A stretch of DNA of 64,000 nt from Malacoraja senta. Lineage: Eukaryota. Shown here piece after piece: positions 13,452 to 24,817 of this stretch. A model generated the notes under the pieces. The model searched no databases, was not told where the DNA came from, and saw only the letters and a program-made list of their open reading frames with translations. The stretch's first letter is position 1, and each line of letters begins with the position of its first letter. Where the stretch lies: positions 27,158,001 through 27,222,000 of the forward strand of contig CM075987.1 in NCBI GenBank assembly GCA_038087875.1. The letters run 5' to 3'. Position numbers and translations under genes: made by a program.

Positions 13452-13810
13452 GTTAAAGATAGACACAAAATGCTGGAGTAACTCAGCGGGACAGGCAGCA
13501 TCTCTGGAGGGAAGGGATGGGTGACGTTTCGGGTCAAGACCCTTCTTCAGACTGTGAGTCAGGGGAGAGGGAAACGAGCGATAGAGGAAAAAAGAATGGA
13601 GGAAATGCAAAAAGCAACGATGATCAAGGAAATGTGGAGCCCACAATGGTCCATTGTTGGCTGTGGGATAGGTGACAATGAGTTACACAGACAGTGAAAA
13701 CAGGACGACAGCTAGAGTTGGGGGCGGGACGGAGAGAGAGGATGCAGGGGATACTTGAAGTTAGAGAAATCAATATTCACAGACCGCTGGGGTGTAAGCA
13801 GCCCAAGGTA
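13452..13810 (-). mobile_element. PLE 3' end fragment (representative; others near 2190-2680, 26670-27000, 32636-32760, 35700-35985, 43565-43925, 61445-61835)
   Basis: Shared block gatagacacaaaatgctggagtaactcagcgggacaggcagcatctctggag...gtgacgtttcgggtc..acccttcttcagact, homologous to the terminus of the GIY-YIG-bearing copy. Confidence 0.75.
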
Positions 13811-14122
13811 ATGAGACGTCACCTATCCATGTTCTCCAGCAAAGCTGCCTGACCTGCTGAGTTCAACGCACCCATTGCAGGCTCTGACCTCCCCACCATC
13901 GAAGGGGTTCACAGGAGTCGCTGCCTCAAAAAGGCAGCCAGCGTCATCAGTGACCCACACCACCCTGGCCACACACTCATCTCACCCCTGCCATCGGGAA
14001 GAAGGTACAGGGGCCTGAAAACTGTAACGTCCAGGTTCAGGAACAGCTTCTTCCCAACAACCATCTTCTTGGTTAGTACGTTGTCAGGGGTTATGAGGCA
14101 AAGGCAGGAGAATGGGGTTGAG

Positions 14123-15355
14123 ACAACAGACAATAGGTGCAGGAGTCGGCCATTCGAGTCAGCACCACCATTCAATGTGATCATGGCTGATCATCCACAA
14201 TCAGTACCCCATTCCTGCCTTCTCGCCATATCCTTTGACTCCGCTATCTTTAACAGCTATATCTAACTCTCTCTTGAAAGCATCCAGAGAACTGGCCTCC
14301 ACTGCCTTCTGAGGCAGAGAATTCCACAGATTCACAACTCTCTGGGTGAAAAAGTTTATCTTCATCTCCGTTCAAAATGGCCTTCCCCTTATTCTTAAAC
14401 TGTGGTCCCTGGTTCTGGACTCCCCCAACATCAGGAACATGTTTCCTGCCTCTAGTGTGTCCAATCCCTTAATAATCTTATATGTTTCAATAAGACCCCA
14501 TCTCATCCTTCTAAACTCCAGTGCATACATGCCCAGCCACTCCATTCTCTCAACATATGACAGTCCCGCCATCCCAGGAATTAACCTCGTGAACCTACAC
14601 CGCACTCCCTCAAATAGCAAGAATGTCCTTCCTCAGATTTGGAGACCAAAACTACACACAGTACTCCAGGTGTGGTCTCACCAGGGCCTTGCACAACTGT
14701 AGGACCTCTTTGCTCCTATACTCAGCTCCTCTTGTTATGAAGGCCAACATGCCTTTAGCTTTCTTCACTGCCTGCTGTACCTGCATGCTTACTTTAAGTG
14801 ACTGATGAACAAGGACCCCAGATCTCGTTGTACTTCCCCTTTTCCCAATTGACACCTTCCAGATAATAATATGCCCTTCTTGTTTTTGCCACCAAAGTGG
14901 ATAACCTCACATTTATCCACATTAAACTGCATCTGCCATGCATCTGCCCACTTACCCAACCTGTCCAAGTCACCCTGCATCCTCATAGCATCCTCCTCAT
15001 AGTTCACACTGCCACCCAGCTTTGTGTCATCTGCAAATTTGCTAATGTTACTTTTAATCCCTTCATCTAAATCATTGATGTATATTGTAAATAGCTGTGG
15101 TCCCAGCACCGAGCCTTGCGGTACCCCACTAGTCACTGCTTGCCATTCTGAAAGGGACCGTTAATCCCTACTCTTTGTTTCCTGTCTGCCAACTACTTCT
15201 CTATCCATGTCAGTACTCTACCACCAATACCATGTGCTTTAATTTTGCCAACTAATCTCCTATGTGGGACCTTATCAAATGCTTTCTGAAAGTCTAAGTA
15301 CACTACATCCACTGGCTCTCCCTTGTCCACTTTCCCAGTTACATCCTCAAAAAAT
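14123..15355 (-). mobile_element. CR1-clade LINE fragment, degenerate reverse transcriptase plus 3' UTR
   Basis: TSGVPQGSVLGPQLFTIYINDLD...KFADDTKLGG...WQMQFNVDKC...ALVRPHLEYCV; frameshifted; tail ends ctcctgcacctattgtct. Confidence 0.92.
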
Positions 15356-15760
15356 TGATGATGTAAAAAAAAGATCAGCCAAATGGCCTCTAATGTTCTA
15401 ATTCTGCTTCTTGAACTTATGAACCATCAGGCTATTAAACACTACAACCTCTAACTGAGCTCCAAACGGTATTGACTTGAGAAGACAGACACAAATGCTG
15501 GAGTAACTCAGCAGGTCAGGCTCATCGAACCCAGGTCTGGAGAGATGGAATGGGTGACGTTTTGGGTCAAGACCCCTCTAGAGACTGAGAGTCAGGGGAG
15601 AGGGAGACTAGAGCTATGTACTTGGAGGGCCAATGTTTTGGGCATTATTATTGGGGGTTTTAAATACTGAATTACTTCTTTGTAGTTTGCTATGTTTTAC
15701 ATGTCTGTTGATTCACATTTTTGTGCCTGTGGTTCTTTGGATTTTCAAATCTGAACATAC

Positions 15761-15836
15761 CTTGAGCAGAAAGTTCCAAAGGAGACTCAAAGGAGATGCG
15801 GTGGGGCCTCATCAGATTCTTTAGGCTCTGGAAAAG
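15761..15836 (-). CDS. NSMF: NSMF exon 15 (76 nt), LFQSLKNLMRPHRISFESPLELSAQ
   Basis: Acceptor ctttcttcag|, donor AAG|GTATGT; FESPLELSAQG motif. Confidence 0.96.
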
Positions 15837-16170
15837 CTGAAGAAAGCAAAAAACATTGTATTCATTTGAAGAAAGCAATCCCAGTGTAAGTGGATGAGCC
15901 GGCCAGTATTATTCAGCAGTCTGGAGAGAGCGAGGCTGATGGGAGCACACATGGATCAATGGTGAACACGGCAACAGAAACGCCAAGAATTGCAGGGAAA
16001 TGTCCCGGCAGGAGCCGCGGGAACGGGCAAGAGAGGACACGGCGGCAGGAGGCCGAAGAACGATCGGTGGTGGTCGGTCGAGGGCAGGCGGCACGAGTGC
16101 CAGAGGTCGGTGATGATGGGTCTCCAAGAGAACGAAGGTGGGACCACGGAGTGAACATCCACCCGCCTCC

Positions 16171-16713
16171 TCCCCATAACCCCTGACCCCCGACCAGTCC
16201 CCATAACCCCTGACCCCTGTACCAGTCCCCATAACCCCTGATCCCCAACCCCCGTACCAGCCCCCATAACTCCTGACCCCCGACCTCCGCAACCAGCCCC
16301 CATAACCCCTGACCCCTGTACCAGCCCCCATAACCCCTGACCCCGTACCAGCCCCCATAACCCCTGTACCAGTACCCATAACCCCTGACCACCAACCCAG
16401 CCCCCATAACTCCTGACCCAGACCAGTCCCCATAGCCCCTGACCCCCGTACCAGTCCCCATAACCCCTGACCAGTCCCCATAACCCCTGACCCCCAAACC
16501 AGCCCCCATAACCCCTGACCAGTCCCCATAACCCCTGACCCCTGTACCAGTCCCCATAACCCCTGGCCCCCAACCCCCGTACCAGCCCCCATAACTCCTG
16601 ACCCCCGACCTCCGCACCAGCCCCCATAACCCCTGACCCCGTACCAGCCCCATAACCCCTGACCCCCGTGCCAGCCCCCATAACCCCGGACACCCGCACT
16701 AGTCAAGAACCAA
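16171..16713. repeat. C-rich variable minisatellite, core CCCATAACCCCTGACCCC(G)TACCAG
   Basis: About 20 units of ~21-40 bp read directly. Confidence 0.92.
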
Positions 16714-17111
16714 GGATTAGTGCCACCGGGACTCTAATGAGTGGTCTGTACGGAGTTTCTAATGCTGCAACAGGCCCTTCGGCCCACCTGGTCCATGCTG
16801 ACCAGCGATCCCCGCACACTAACACTATCCTACACTCACGAGGGACAATTTACACATTTAACCAAAGCAAATTAGCCTGCAAACCTGTACGTCTTTGGAG
16901 TGTGGGAGCACCCGGAGAAAACCCACGCGGTCACGGGGAGAACGTACAAACTCCGTACAGACAGCACCCGTAGTCAGGATCGAACCCGGGTCTCTGGCGC
17001 TGTGAGGCAGCAACTCTACCGCTGCACATGTAAGTGTTCTGGAGACATGGACCACCCCAGGAGATTGGTTACTGAGGCTGCAGGTGATGTCCGCCCATAG
17101 GTGAGGCCTAC

Positions 17112-17212
17112 CTTTTCTCCGTTAGGGTTGCCCAGGATGTAGCAGCCCATTACGTGGATGATGTTGGGCTCGCGTTGATCTTGCTCATCATCCTGCTGAG
17201 TCGCTTCCAAAC
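17112..17212 (-). CDS. NSMF: NSMF exon 14 (101 nt as written; 103 nt expected), FWKRLSRMMSKINxEPNIIHVMGCYILGNPNGEK
   Basis: Acceptor ttctggcgcag|, donor AAG|GTAGGC; WKRLSRMMSKIN and EPNIIHVMGCYILGNPNGEK lie in different frames, needing two 1-nt additions. Confidence 0.92.
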
Positions 17213-18353
17213 CTGCGCCAGAAACACCAATGGTTTAAACTGCAATCCAAGAGACTGCACGGGTAAAACAGGTTAAGGTCATAAGGTCACAAGTGATAGG
17301 AGCAGAATTAGGCCATTTGGCCCATCAAGTCTACTCTGCCATTCAATCATGGCTGATCTATCTCTCCTCCTAACCCCATTCTCCTGCCTTCTCCCCACAA
17401 CCGCTGACACCCTATCTATCTCTGCCTTAAAAATATCCATTGACTTGGCCTCCGCAGTGTTTCTGTGGCAAAGAATTCCACAGATTCACCGCCCTCTGAC
17501 TAAAGACATTAACTTACATTATTCACTAGCTCAGGCAACTGGCAGGTACATAGAACACTCCTATTGTTCTAATGTTTTAAGGTGAGGGGTGGAGAGGGGG
17601 GGGGGGGGGGAGAGGGGTTGGATTAATAGGAATCTGAGGGGTAACTTTTCACACAAAGGGTGGTGGGTGAATGGAACGAGCTGCCAGAGGAGGTAGTTGA
17701 GGCTGGGACTATCCCAACGTTTAAGAAACAGTTGGACAGGTACATGGATAGGACAGGTTTGGAGGGATATGGACCAAGCGCAGGCAGGTGGCACTAGTGT
17801 AGCTGGGACATGTTGGCCGGTGTGGGCAGGTGGGCCGAAGGGCCTGTTTCCACGCTGTATCACCTCTATGAATCCTTCATGAAAATATCTATCCAATTCC
17901 CTCGTGATAGTCCGGATTGAAACCTCCCCACATTGAATATTATATCCCATGGAGCTGCAGATCCTGCTTGGCCAACATCCCTCCAAACCTGTCCTATCCA
18001 TGTACCTGTCTAACTGTTTCTTAAACATTGGGATAGTCCCTGCCTCAACTACCTCCTCTGGCAGCTTGTTCCATACACCCACCACCCTTTGTGTGAAAAA
18101 GTTACCCCTCAGATTCCTATTACATCCTTCCCCCTTCTCACCTTAAAACATTTGCTGTTTTATCCAGATTTTCAGCATCTGCAGTTTTTTAGATTTTCCA
18201 AGGATTCAAGACTACAGAATCAAAGTACGTTCCTTTAGGAAGATGAGGAGGAATTTCTTTAGTCAGAGGGTGGTGAATCTGTGGAATTCTTTGCCACAGA
18301 CGGCTGTGGAGGCCAAGAATGGATATTTCTAAGGCAGAGATAGATACATTCTT

Positions 18354-18958
18354 AGGTACACAAAAATGCTGGAGAAACTCAGCGGGTGCAGCAGCATCTA
18401 TGGAGCGAAGGAAATAGGTAACGTTTCGGGCCGAAACCCTTCTTCAGACTGATAGGGGGTGGGGAGAAGAAAGGAAAAAAGGAAAAGGAGGAGGAGGAGC
18501 CCGAGGGCTGGGGGAGGGGAGGAGACAACCAGATGGCTGATGAAGGGGAGGGGACAGCCAGGGCTAGCAGAATTGGGAGAATTCAACGTTCAGGCCACCA
18601 GGATGTAGACTGCCCAAGCGGAATATGAGGTGCATTTCCTCCAATTTACGGTGTTGCTCGCTGTGGCCATGGAGGAGACCCAGGACAGAGAGGTCAGATA
18701 CGGAATGGGAGGGGGAGTTGAAGTGCTGAGCCACCGGGAGTTCAGGTTGGTTATTGCGGACCGACCGGAGGTGTTCGGCGAAACGATCGCCAAGCCTCCG
18801 CTTGGTCTCACCGATGTAGATCAGCTGGCATCTAGAGCAGCGAATGCAATAGATGAGGTTGGAGGAGATGCAGGTGAACCTCTGTCGCACCTGGAACGAC
18901 TGCTTGGGTCCTGGAATGGAGTGGAGGGGGGAAGTGAAGGGACAAGTGTTGCATCTCT
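18354..18958 (-). mobile_element. 5'-truncated Penelope-like retroelement: GIY-YIG endonuclease C-terminus plus 3' terminal repeat
   Basis: ORF 18564..18980 has CNTC...LIYCIRCSRCQLIYIGETKRRLGDRFAEH...HF...E...LN, the PLE GIY-YIG signature. It is followed by the terminal repeat CTGAAGAAGGGTTTCGGCCCGAAACGTT seen all over the window, and splits a CR1 fragment. Confidence 0.9.
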
Positions 18959-19419
18959 TGACACCCGTACATTCTGACACCCGTACATTCTTGATTAGTA
19001 CGGGTGTCAGAGTTTATGGGGAGAAGGCAGGAGAATGGGGTTAGGAGGGAGAGATAGATCAGCCACGATTGAATGGCGGAGTAGACTTGATGGGCCGAAT
19101 GGCCTAATTCTGCTCCTGTCACAGATGAAGATGAACCAGAGAGCAGTCCTGAGCTACCATCCACCTCATTGGTGACCCTTGGACCATCTTTAATCCGACT
19201 TTATCTTGCATTAAACATTATTCACGTTATTCCCTTTATCATGTATATATACACAGTGGACGGCTCGATTGTAATCATGTATTGTCTTTCCGCTGACTGG
19301 TTAGCACGCAACAAAAAGCTTTTCACTGTACCTTGGTACACGTGACAATAATCTAATCACACGCATTTTAAAAAATATATACAATTCGCTAATGTACATA
19401 TGAAATGTAATGGGCTTAC

Positions 19420-19499
19420 AGAATTAAATCATCTTCCTTCTCCACTTTGGCAAAGGTGGCAACCTTGTTTTTCAGCAGGTACAAATGCCCCGGACCCCC
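19420..19499 (-). CDS. NSMF: NSMF exon 13 (80 nt), GGPGHLYLLKNKVATFAKVEKEDDLI(L)
   Basis: Acceptor tttttatctag|, donor CT|GTAAGC. Confidence 0.96.
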
Positions 19500-19647
19500 C
19501 TAGATAAAAAACACACAGAACCCATCAATATGTGAACAATTGCCATGGCGACAGCTCATTTGCATCCTTCTTCTCCAACATGTTGTGTGCCTCAACGACA
19601 GACTGCGTTAAGACAATCTTACAAGATGCATTCTTTAGTTTAGTTAA

Positions 19648-19904
19648 AGGGCCTGTCCCACTTGCCGATTTTTTCGGTGACTGCCGGCATCATTGACTGA
19701 CGTATCAGGTCACCGAAAAATACGCAGCATTGACGTGGCGTGATGACGTATGACGCTGCGTGATGACGTATTGACGCACGGTGTTTTTTCAAGTGTCGCA
19801 ACATTTTTTTGTCACCGCTGGATTTTGAAATGTTCAATATCTTTTGCCGACCCTGATATGACGCCGGCAGTCGCCGAAAAAAATCGGCAAGTGGGACCGG
19901 CCCT
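19648..19904. mobile_element. MITE, PIF/Harbinger-like
   Basis: Long TIRs AGGGCCTGTCCCACTTGCCGATTTTTTCGG / CCGAAAAAAATCGGCAAGTGGGACCGGCCCT, flanked TAA / TTA; inserted in a SINE tail. Confidence 0.75.
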
Positions 19905-20565
19905 TTAGGGATACAGCGCGGAAACACCGAGTCCACATCGACCAGCGATCCCCGCACACTAACACTATCCTACACACACTGGGGACAATTTACAATCTTT
20001 ACCGAAGCCAATTAACTCACAAACCCGCACGTGTTTGGAGTGTGGGAGAAAGCTGGAGTTCCCGGAGAAAACCCACGCCGTCACGGGGAGAACGTGCAAA
20101 CTCCGCACAGACAGCACCCGTAGTCAGGATTGAAGCCGGGTCTCTGGCGCTGCCTCTGCTGCTGCACCACCGTGCTGCCCCACGAAGGAGTTACTCCAGC
20201 ACGTTGTGTCGAGTACTGGGATCATCCTGGTCAATCTTCACTGCACCTTTTCCAGCTCAATGTCATCCTTCCCGGAGCAAGATGACTGGACCTACACACA
20301 ACTCCACGTGTGGTCTCACCGACATCTGGTACATCCCAACTCCTGCACGCAATACCTTTACCAACAAAGGCAAGCATGCCAGAGATTTCCTTCACCATTC
20401 TCTCTCCCTCGCCACTTTCAGGGAACTGGGTGGAACTCCATGGAAGGGACGTGGCTGGCACGGTGGCGCAGCGGTAGAGTAGCTGTCTCACAGCACTCCT
20501 GTTCCTGCCTGCCTGTGATTCTTTGAAAGCTCTTTGGATAATTGGCTTGAATGTATGAGACTCAC

Positions 20566-20636
20566 CTGGCAGAAGATCAGCAGCTTGGAGATCTTGCAGC
20601 CTCTCCGATACGTGGTCAGCTTCTTCTCAATCTCCT
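20566..20636 (-). CDS. NSMF: NSMF exon 12 (71 nt), EEIEKKLTTYRRGCKISKLLIFCQ
   Basis: Acceptor tttcctcgcag|, donor CAG|GTGAGT. Confidence 0.95.
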
Positions 20637-21520
20637 CTGCGAGGAAACACATGTGGAGTCACAGAGTGAGGAAACAGGTCCTTCAGCCCAACTTGCCCAC
20701 ACCTGCCAACATGTCCCATCTACACTAGCCGCACCTGCCTGCGTTTGACCCATATCCCTCTAAACCTGCCCTATCCATGTACCTGTCCAAATGTCTCTTA
20801 CACATTATGTAGTCCCTGCCTCAACTACCCCCTCTGGCAGCCATATACCCACCAGCCTTTATGTAAAAAAAGGCTCCGATCAAATCTTTCTTAAAATCTA
20901 TGTCATCTTAAAACATTTTCTGTTATTAAATCTTGAAGATAGACTCAGTGTTGGAGTATCTCAGCGAGTCAGGCAGCATTTCTGGAGAAAAAGGATGGGT
21001 GACGTTTTGGGTCCGGAACCTTCTTCAGTCCCGAAATGTCACCTATCCACGTTCTCCAGAGATGCTGCCAGACCCGCTTAGTCCAACGGAAGAAAGTTAC
21101 TCCAGCACTTTCTGTCAATCTTTGGTATAAACCAGCATCTGCAGTTCCTTCCTGCTATCCTATTGAATCTTTCGCCCGCTCACCTTATTTGTTTCCAGTG
21201 ATGCTGCCTGTCCCGCTGAGTTACTCCAGATTTGTTGTGTCAATCGTCGGTTTATACCAGCATCTGCATCCTTCCTACACATTAATTGTTTACACAGAAA
21301 AATAGAAAATAGGTGCAGGAGTAGGCCATTCGGCCCTTCGAGCCTGCACCGCCATTCAATATGCTCATGGCTGATCATCCACAATCAGTACCCCGTTCCT
21401 GCTTTCTCCCCATATCCCCTGATTCCATTAGCCCCAAGAGCCACATCCAACTCTCTCTTGAACACATGCTTCTGGACAACTGTGACTTCAACAACCACTG
21501 CAACGTTGAGATTCACTCAC

Positions 21521-21554
21521 CCAAGATGTCATCAAATGTAGCGTGTTCGTGGTC
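21521..21554 (-). CDS. NSMF: NSMF exon 11 (34 nt), DHEHATFDDIL
   Basis: Acceptor tttcttgacag|, donor G|GTGAGT. Confidence 0.95.
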
Positions 21555-22961
21555 CTGTCAAGAAATGAAAGACATTGTTTAATCCCTTAAACATTTCGCA
21601 TTGTTCAGTGACCTTGCAGCCTCATCATGACCTGCTTTGATAAAGTATTCAGCAGAAGTCACCTATCAGGGTGAGATAGCAAATTCCTAATCTCTTTTTT
21701 AGACTTTAGAGATATAGCACGGAAACAGACCCTTCGGCCCATCGAGTCCACGCCGCCCAGCGATCACCGCGCACACTCACACGGTCTCACACACACTAGG
21801 GACCATTTACAATTACACCAAGCAAATTAACCTACAAACCTGCACGTCTTTGGAGTGTGGGAGGAAACCGGAGCACCCGGGTCACGGGGAGAACGTACAG
21901 ACTCCGTACAGACAGCACCCGTAGTCGGGATCGAACCTGGGACTCTGGCGCTGTGAGGCAGCAACTCTACCGCTGCGCCACTGTCCACATCATCACATTT
22001 AGTCCAGAGGGGGTAACATGCTTTCAGATGCAGAGTCTGGTAAACAAAAAAGCACCATATTCCCACGTGGGAAATCTGGCCACTGAGGGCCAGTGTGACG
22101 CAGCGGTGGAGTTGCTGCCTCACAGCGCCAGAGAGAGCCCAGGGTTCGATCCTGACTACGGGTACTGTCTGTACGGAGTTTGTACGTTCTCCCCGTGACC
22201 TGCGTGGGTTTTCTCCGGATGCTCCGGTTTCCTCCCACACTCCAAAGACGTGCAGGTTTGTAGGTTAATTGGCTTCTGTAAATTGTCCCGAGTGAGTCGG
22301 ACAGAACTAGTGTCCAGGGGGATCGCTGGTCGGCGTGGACTCGGTGGGCCGAAGGGCCTGTTTCCGTGCTGTATCTCTAAACTAACCTAAACTGGACTGT
22401 ATGGACAGGACGTTGTGGGTCGGGACCCTTCATCAAGCTGTGGGGAGATGGACTGAGTCGGGAGTGACATCGGCCGCTCCGTACGCTATCACTGAAATCA
22501 GTTATAAAGTGGTCCATTAAAACGAGGTCCACGTTATTCCCTTCCACTAAAGCAGAATAGAAACCCAAGTACAAACGTCCAAACACCTGCTCCCAACTCA
22601 GGCCACATTGTGTGCTGGACAATAGACAATAGGTGCAGGAGTAGGCCATTCGGCCCTTCGAGCCAGCACCGTCATTCAATGTGATCATGGTTGATCATCC
22701 CCAATCAGTACCCCGTTCCTGCCTTCTCCCATATCCCCTGACTCCGCCATCTTTAAGAGCCCTATCTAGCTCTCTCTTGAAAACAGAAGTGGATCTGCAA
22801 TCGCTCCACTCTTTTAAACCTCTACTCCAATCCCCTTTAACACTGTGGACGGCTCGATTGTAATCATGTATAGAGTTTCTGCTGGCTGGTTAGCACGCAG
22901 CAAATGCTTTTCACTGTACCTCGGTACACGTGACAATAAGCTGAACTGAACTTGTACTCAC

Positions 22962-23045
22962 ATAGAGGATGGGGATGATGGAGGAATCGTCTCTGCGGAT
23001 AATGGTCGGGATGTACTCAGCCTTGGGGACCTTGGATGAAATCAG
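22962..23045 (-). CDS. NSMF: NSMF exon 10 (84 nt), LISSKVPKAEYIPTIIRRDDSSIIPILY
   Basis: Acceptor ctttctttacag|, donor TAT|GTGAGT. Confidence 0.96.
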
Positions 23046-24261
23046 CTGTAAAGAAAGTGAAACCAACAGTGACTAGTGAACAGAATAACAACCAACGTAC
23101 AGAATAGTGAAAGGCCCGGATAGAGTGGATGTGGAGAGGATGATTCCACTAGTAGGAGAGTCCAGGACCAGAGGTCTCAGCCTCAGAATTATAGGACGTT
23201 CCTTTAGGAAGGAGATGAGGAGGAATTTCTTTAGTCAGAGGGTGGTGAATCTGTGGAATTCATTGCCACAGACGGCTGCCTGACCTGCTGAGTTACTCCA
23301 GCACTTTGTGTCTACCTTCAGTATAAATCACCATCTGCATATTTATGTTTCTACATTTTTACTAACTTGGGCCTGTTTAATAACTTCAAACCAGTGTAAT
23401 GGAGCCATACAGCGTAGAAACAGACCCCTGGCTTAACTTGCCCACACCGACCAACATGTCCCATCTACACTAGTCCCATTGCCTGGGATTGGCCAATATC
23501 CCTCTAAACCTGTCCTATCCATGGACCTGTCCAAATGTTTCTTGAACATTGTGATAGTTCCCGCCTCAACTACCTCCTCTGGCAGCTCGTTCCATACACC
23601 CATCATCCTTTGCATAAAAAAGTTACCCTTCAAAAGTTCCTATTAAATCTTTCCCCTTCACCTTTGACCTATGCCCTCTGGTCCTCGATTCCCCTACTCT
23701 GGGCAAGAGACTCTGTGCGTCTACCCGATCCATTCCTCTCATGATTTTGTCCACCTCTAGAAGATCACCCCTCATCCTCCTGCGCTCCAAGGAATAGAGA
23801 CCCAGTCTGCCCAACCACTCCCTGTAGCTCAGGCCCTCTGGTCCTGCAAGCATCCTCATAAATCTTCTCTGCACCCTTTCCAGCTTGACAACATCTTTCC
23901 TGTAATATGGTTTGCACTAAACGTCATTCACGTTATTGCCTTTATCGTGTATCTGTACACTGTGGACGGCTCGATTGTAATCATGTATTGGTTATTTTAG
24001 TTTAGTTTAGAGATACAGCGCAGAATCAGGCCCTTCGGCCCACCGGATCACTGCCGACCAGCGATCGCCAACCAGCAATTGTCTTGCCGTTGACTGGTTA
24101 GCAACACAACAAAGAGCTTTTCAATGTACATCGGTGCACGTGACAAAACTCAAAACTGAACACAAGACACTAAATGTGGCCTTGCCCACGTCTTGTATAA
24201 CTGTAACCTGACCTCCCAGTGCTAAATGTTTTTTGCACTTTGGGTGCAGGTTTTGACTTAC

Positions 24262-24388
24262 CATAATCTTGGGCGGGACAAAGTCGTCACCGTCGCTGGA
24301 GAGCAGCTCCAGCTCCTTCTCGGCCTTCCCAGCTAAGATCGTCAAAGTCATCGTCAGAAGCAGCACACAGGCTCTGCAGCTCCTGGGC
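24262..24388 (-). CDS. NSMF: NSMF exon 9 (127 nt as written; 125 nt after removing two 1-nt insertions), SQELQSLCAASDDDFDDLSWEAEKELELLSSDGDDFVPPKIM
   Basis: Acceptor cactccag|, donor ATG|GTAAGT; FVPPKIM and FDDLSW motifs lie in different frames as written. Confidence 0.9.
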
Positions 24389-24619
24389 CTGGAGTGATGC
24401 AAGAGAGAGATCAGGCAAAAATTACCATGGGAGACACGGGCAGCGTTCCAACTGTGCAGCCTTGCCAGAAATATTTCATCACACACGCGGTGGGGACCGA
24501 GATCAAGTAGACGCCCATCTGTTACTCGTGCCGCCAATGAGAACGTCTCACGTGGAGATAGTCCAGTTTAATTTAGACATACAGCACGGAATCAGATCCT
24601 TCAGGCCCCCCCGAATCTG

Positions 24620-24817
24620 CCACGACCAGCGATCCCCGCACACTAACACTATCCTACAACCATCTGAGCCACGACCAGCGATCCCAGCACACCAACACCA
24701 TCCTACAACCATCTGAGCCACGACCAGCGATCCCCGCACACCAACACTATCCTACAACCTTCTGAGCCACGACCAGCGATCCCAGCACACCAACACTATC
24801 CTACAACCATCTGAGCC
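24620..24817. repeat. 49-bp tandem repeat x4
   Basis: ccacgaccagcgatccc.gcacac.aacac.atcctacaacc.tctgag at 24620, 24669, 24718, 24767. Confidence 0.9.

Noticed and set aside
15909..16706. Gly-rich ORFs open in three minus frames
   Set aside because: Product of the CR1-derived minisatellite.
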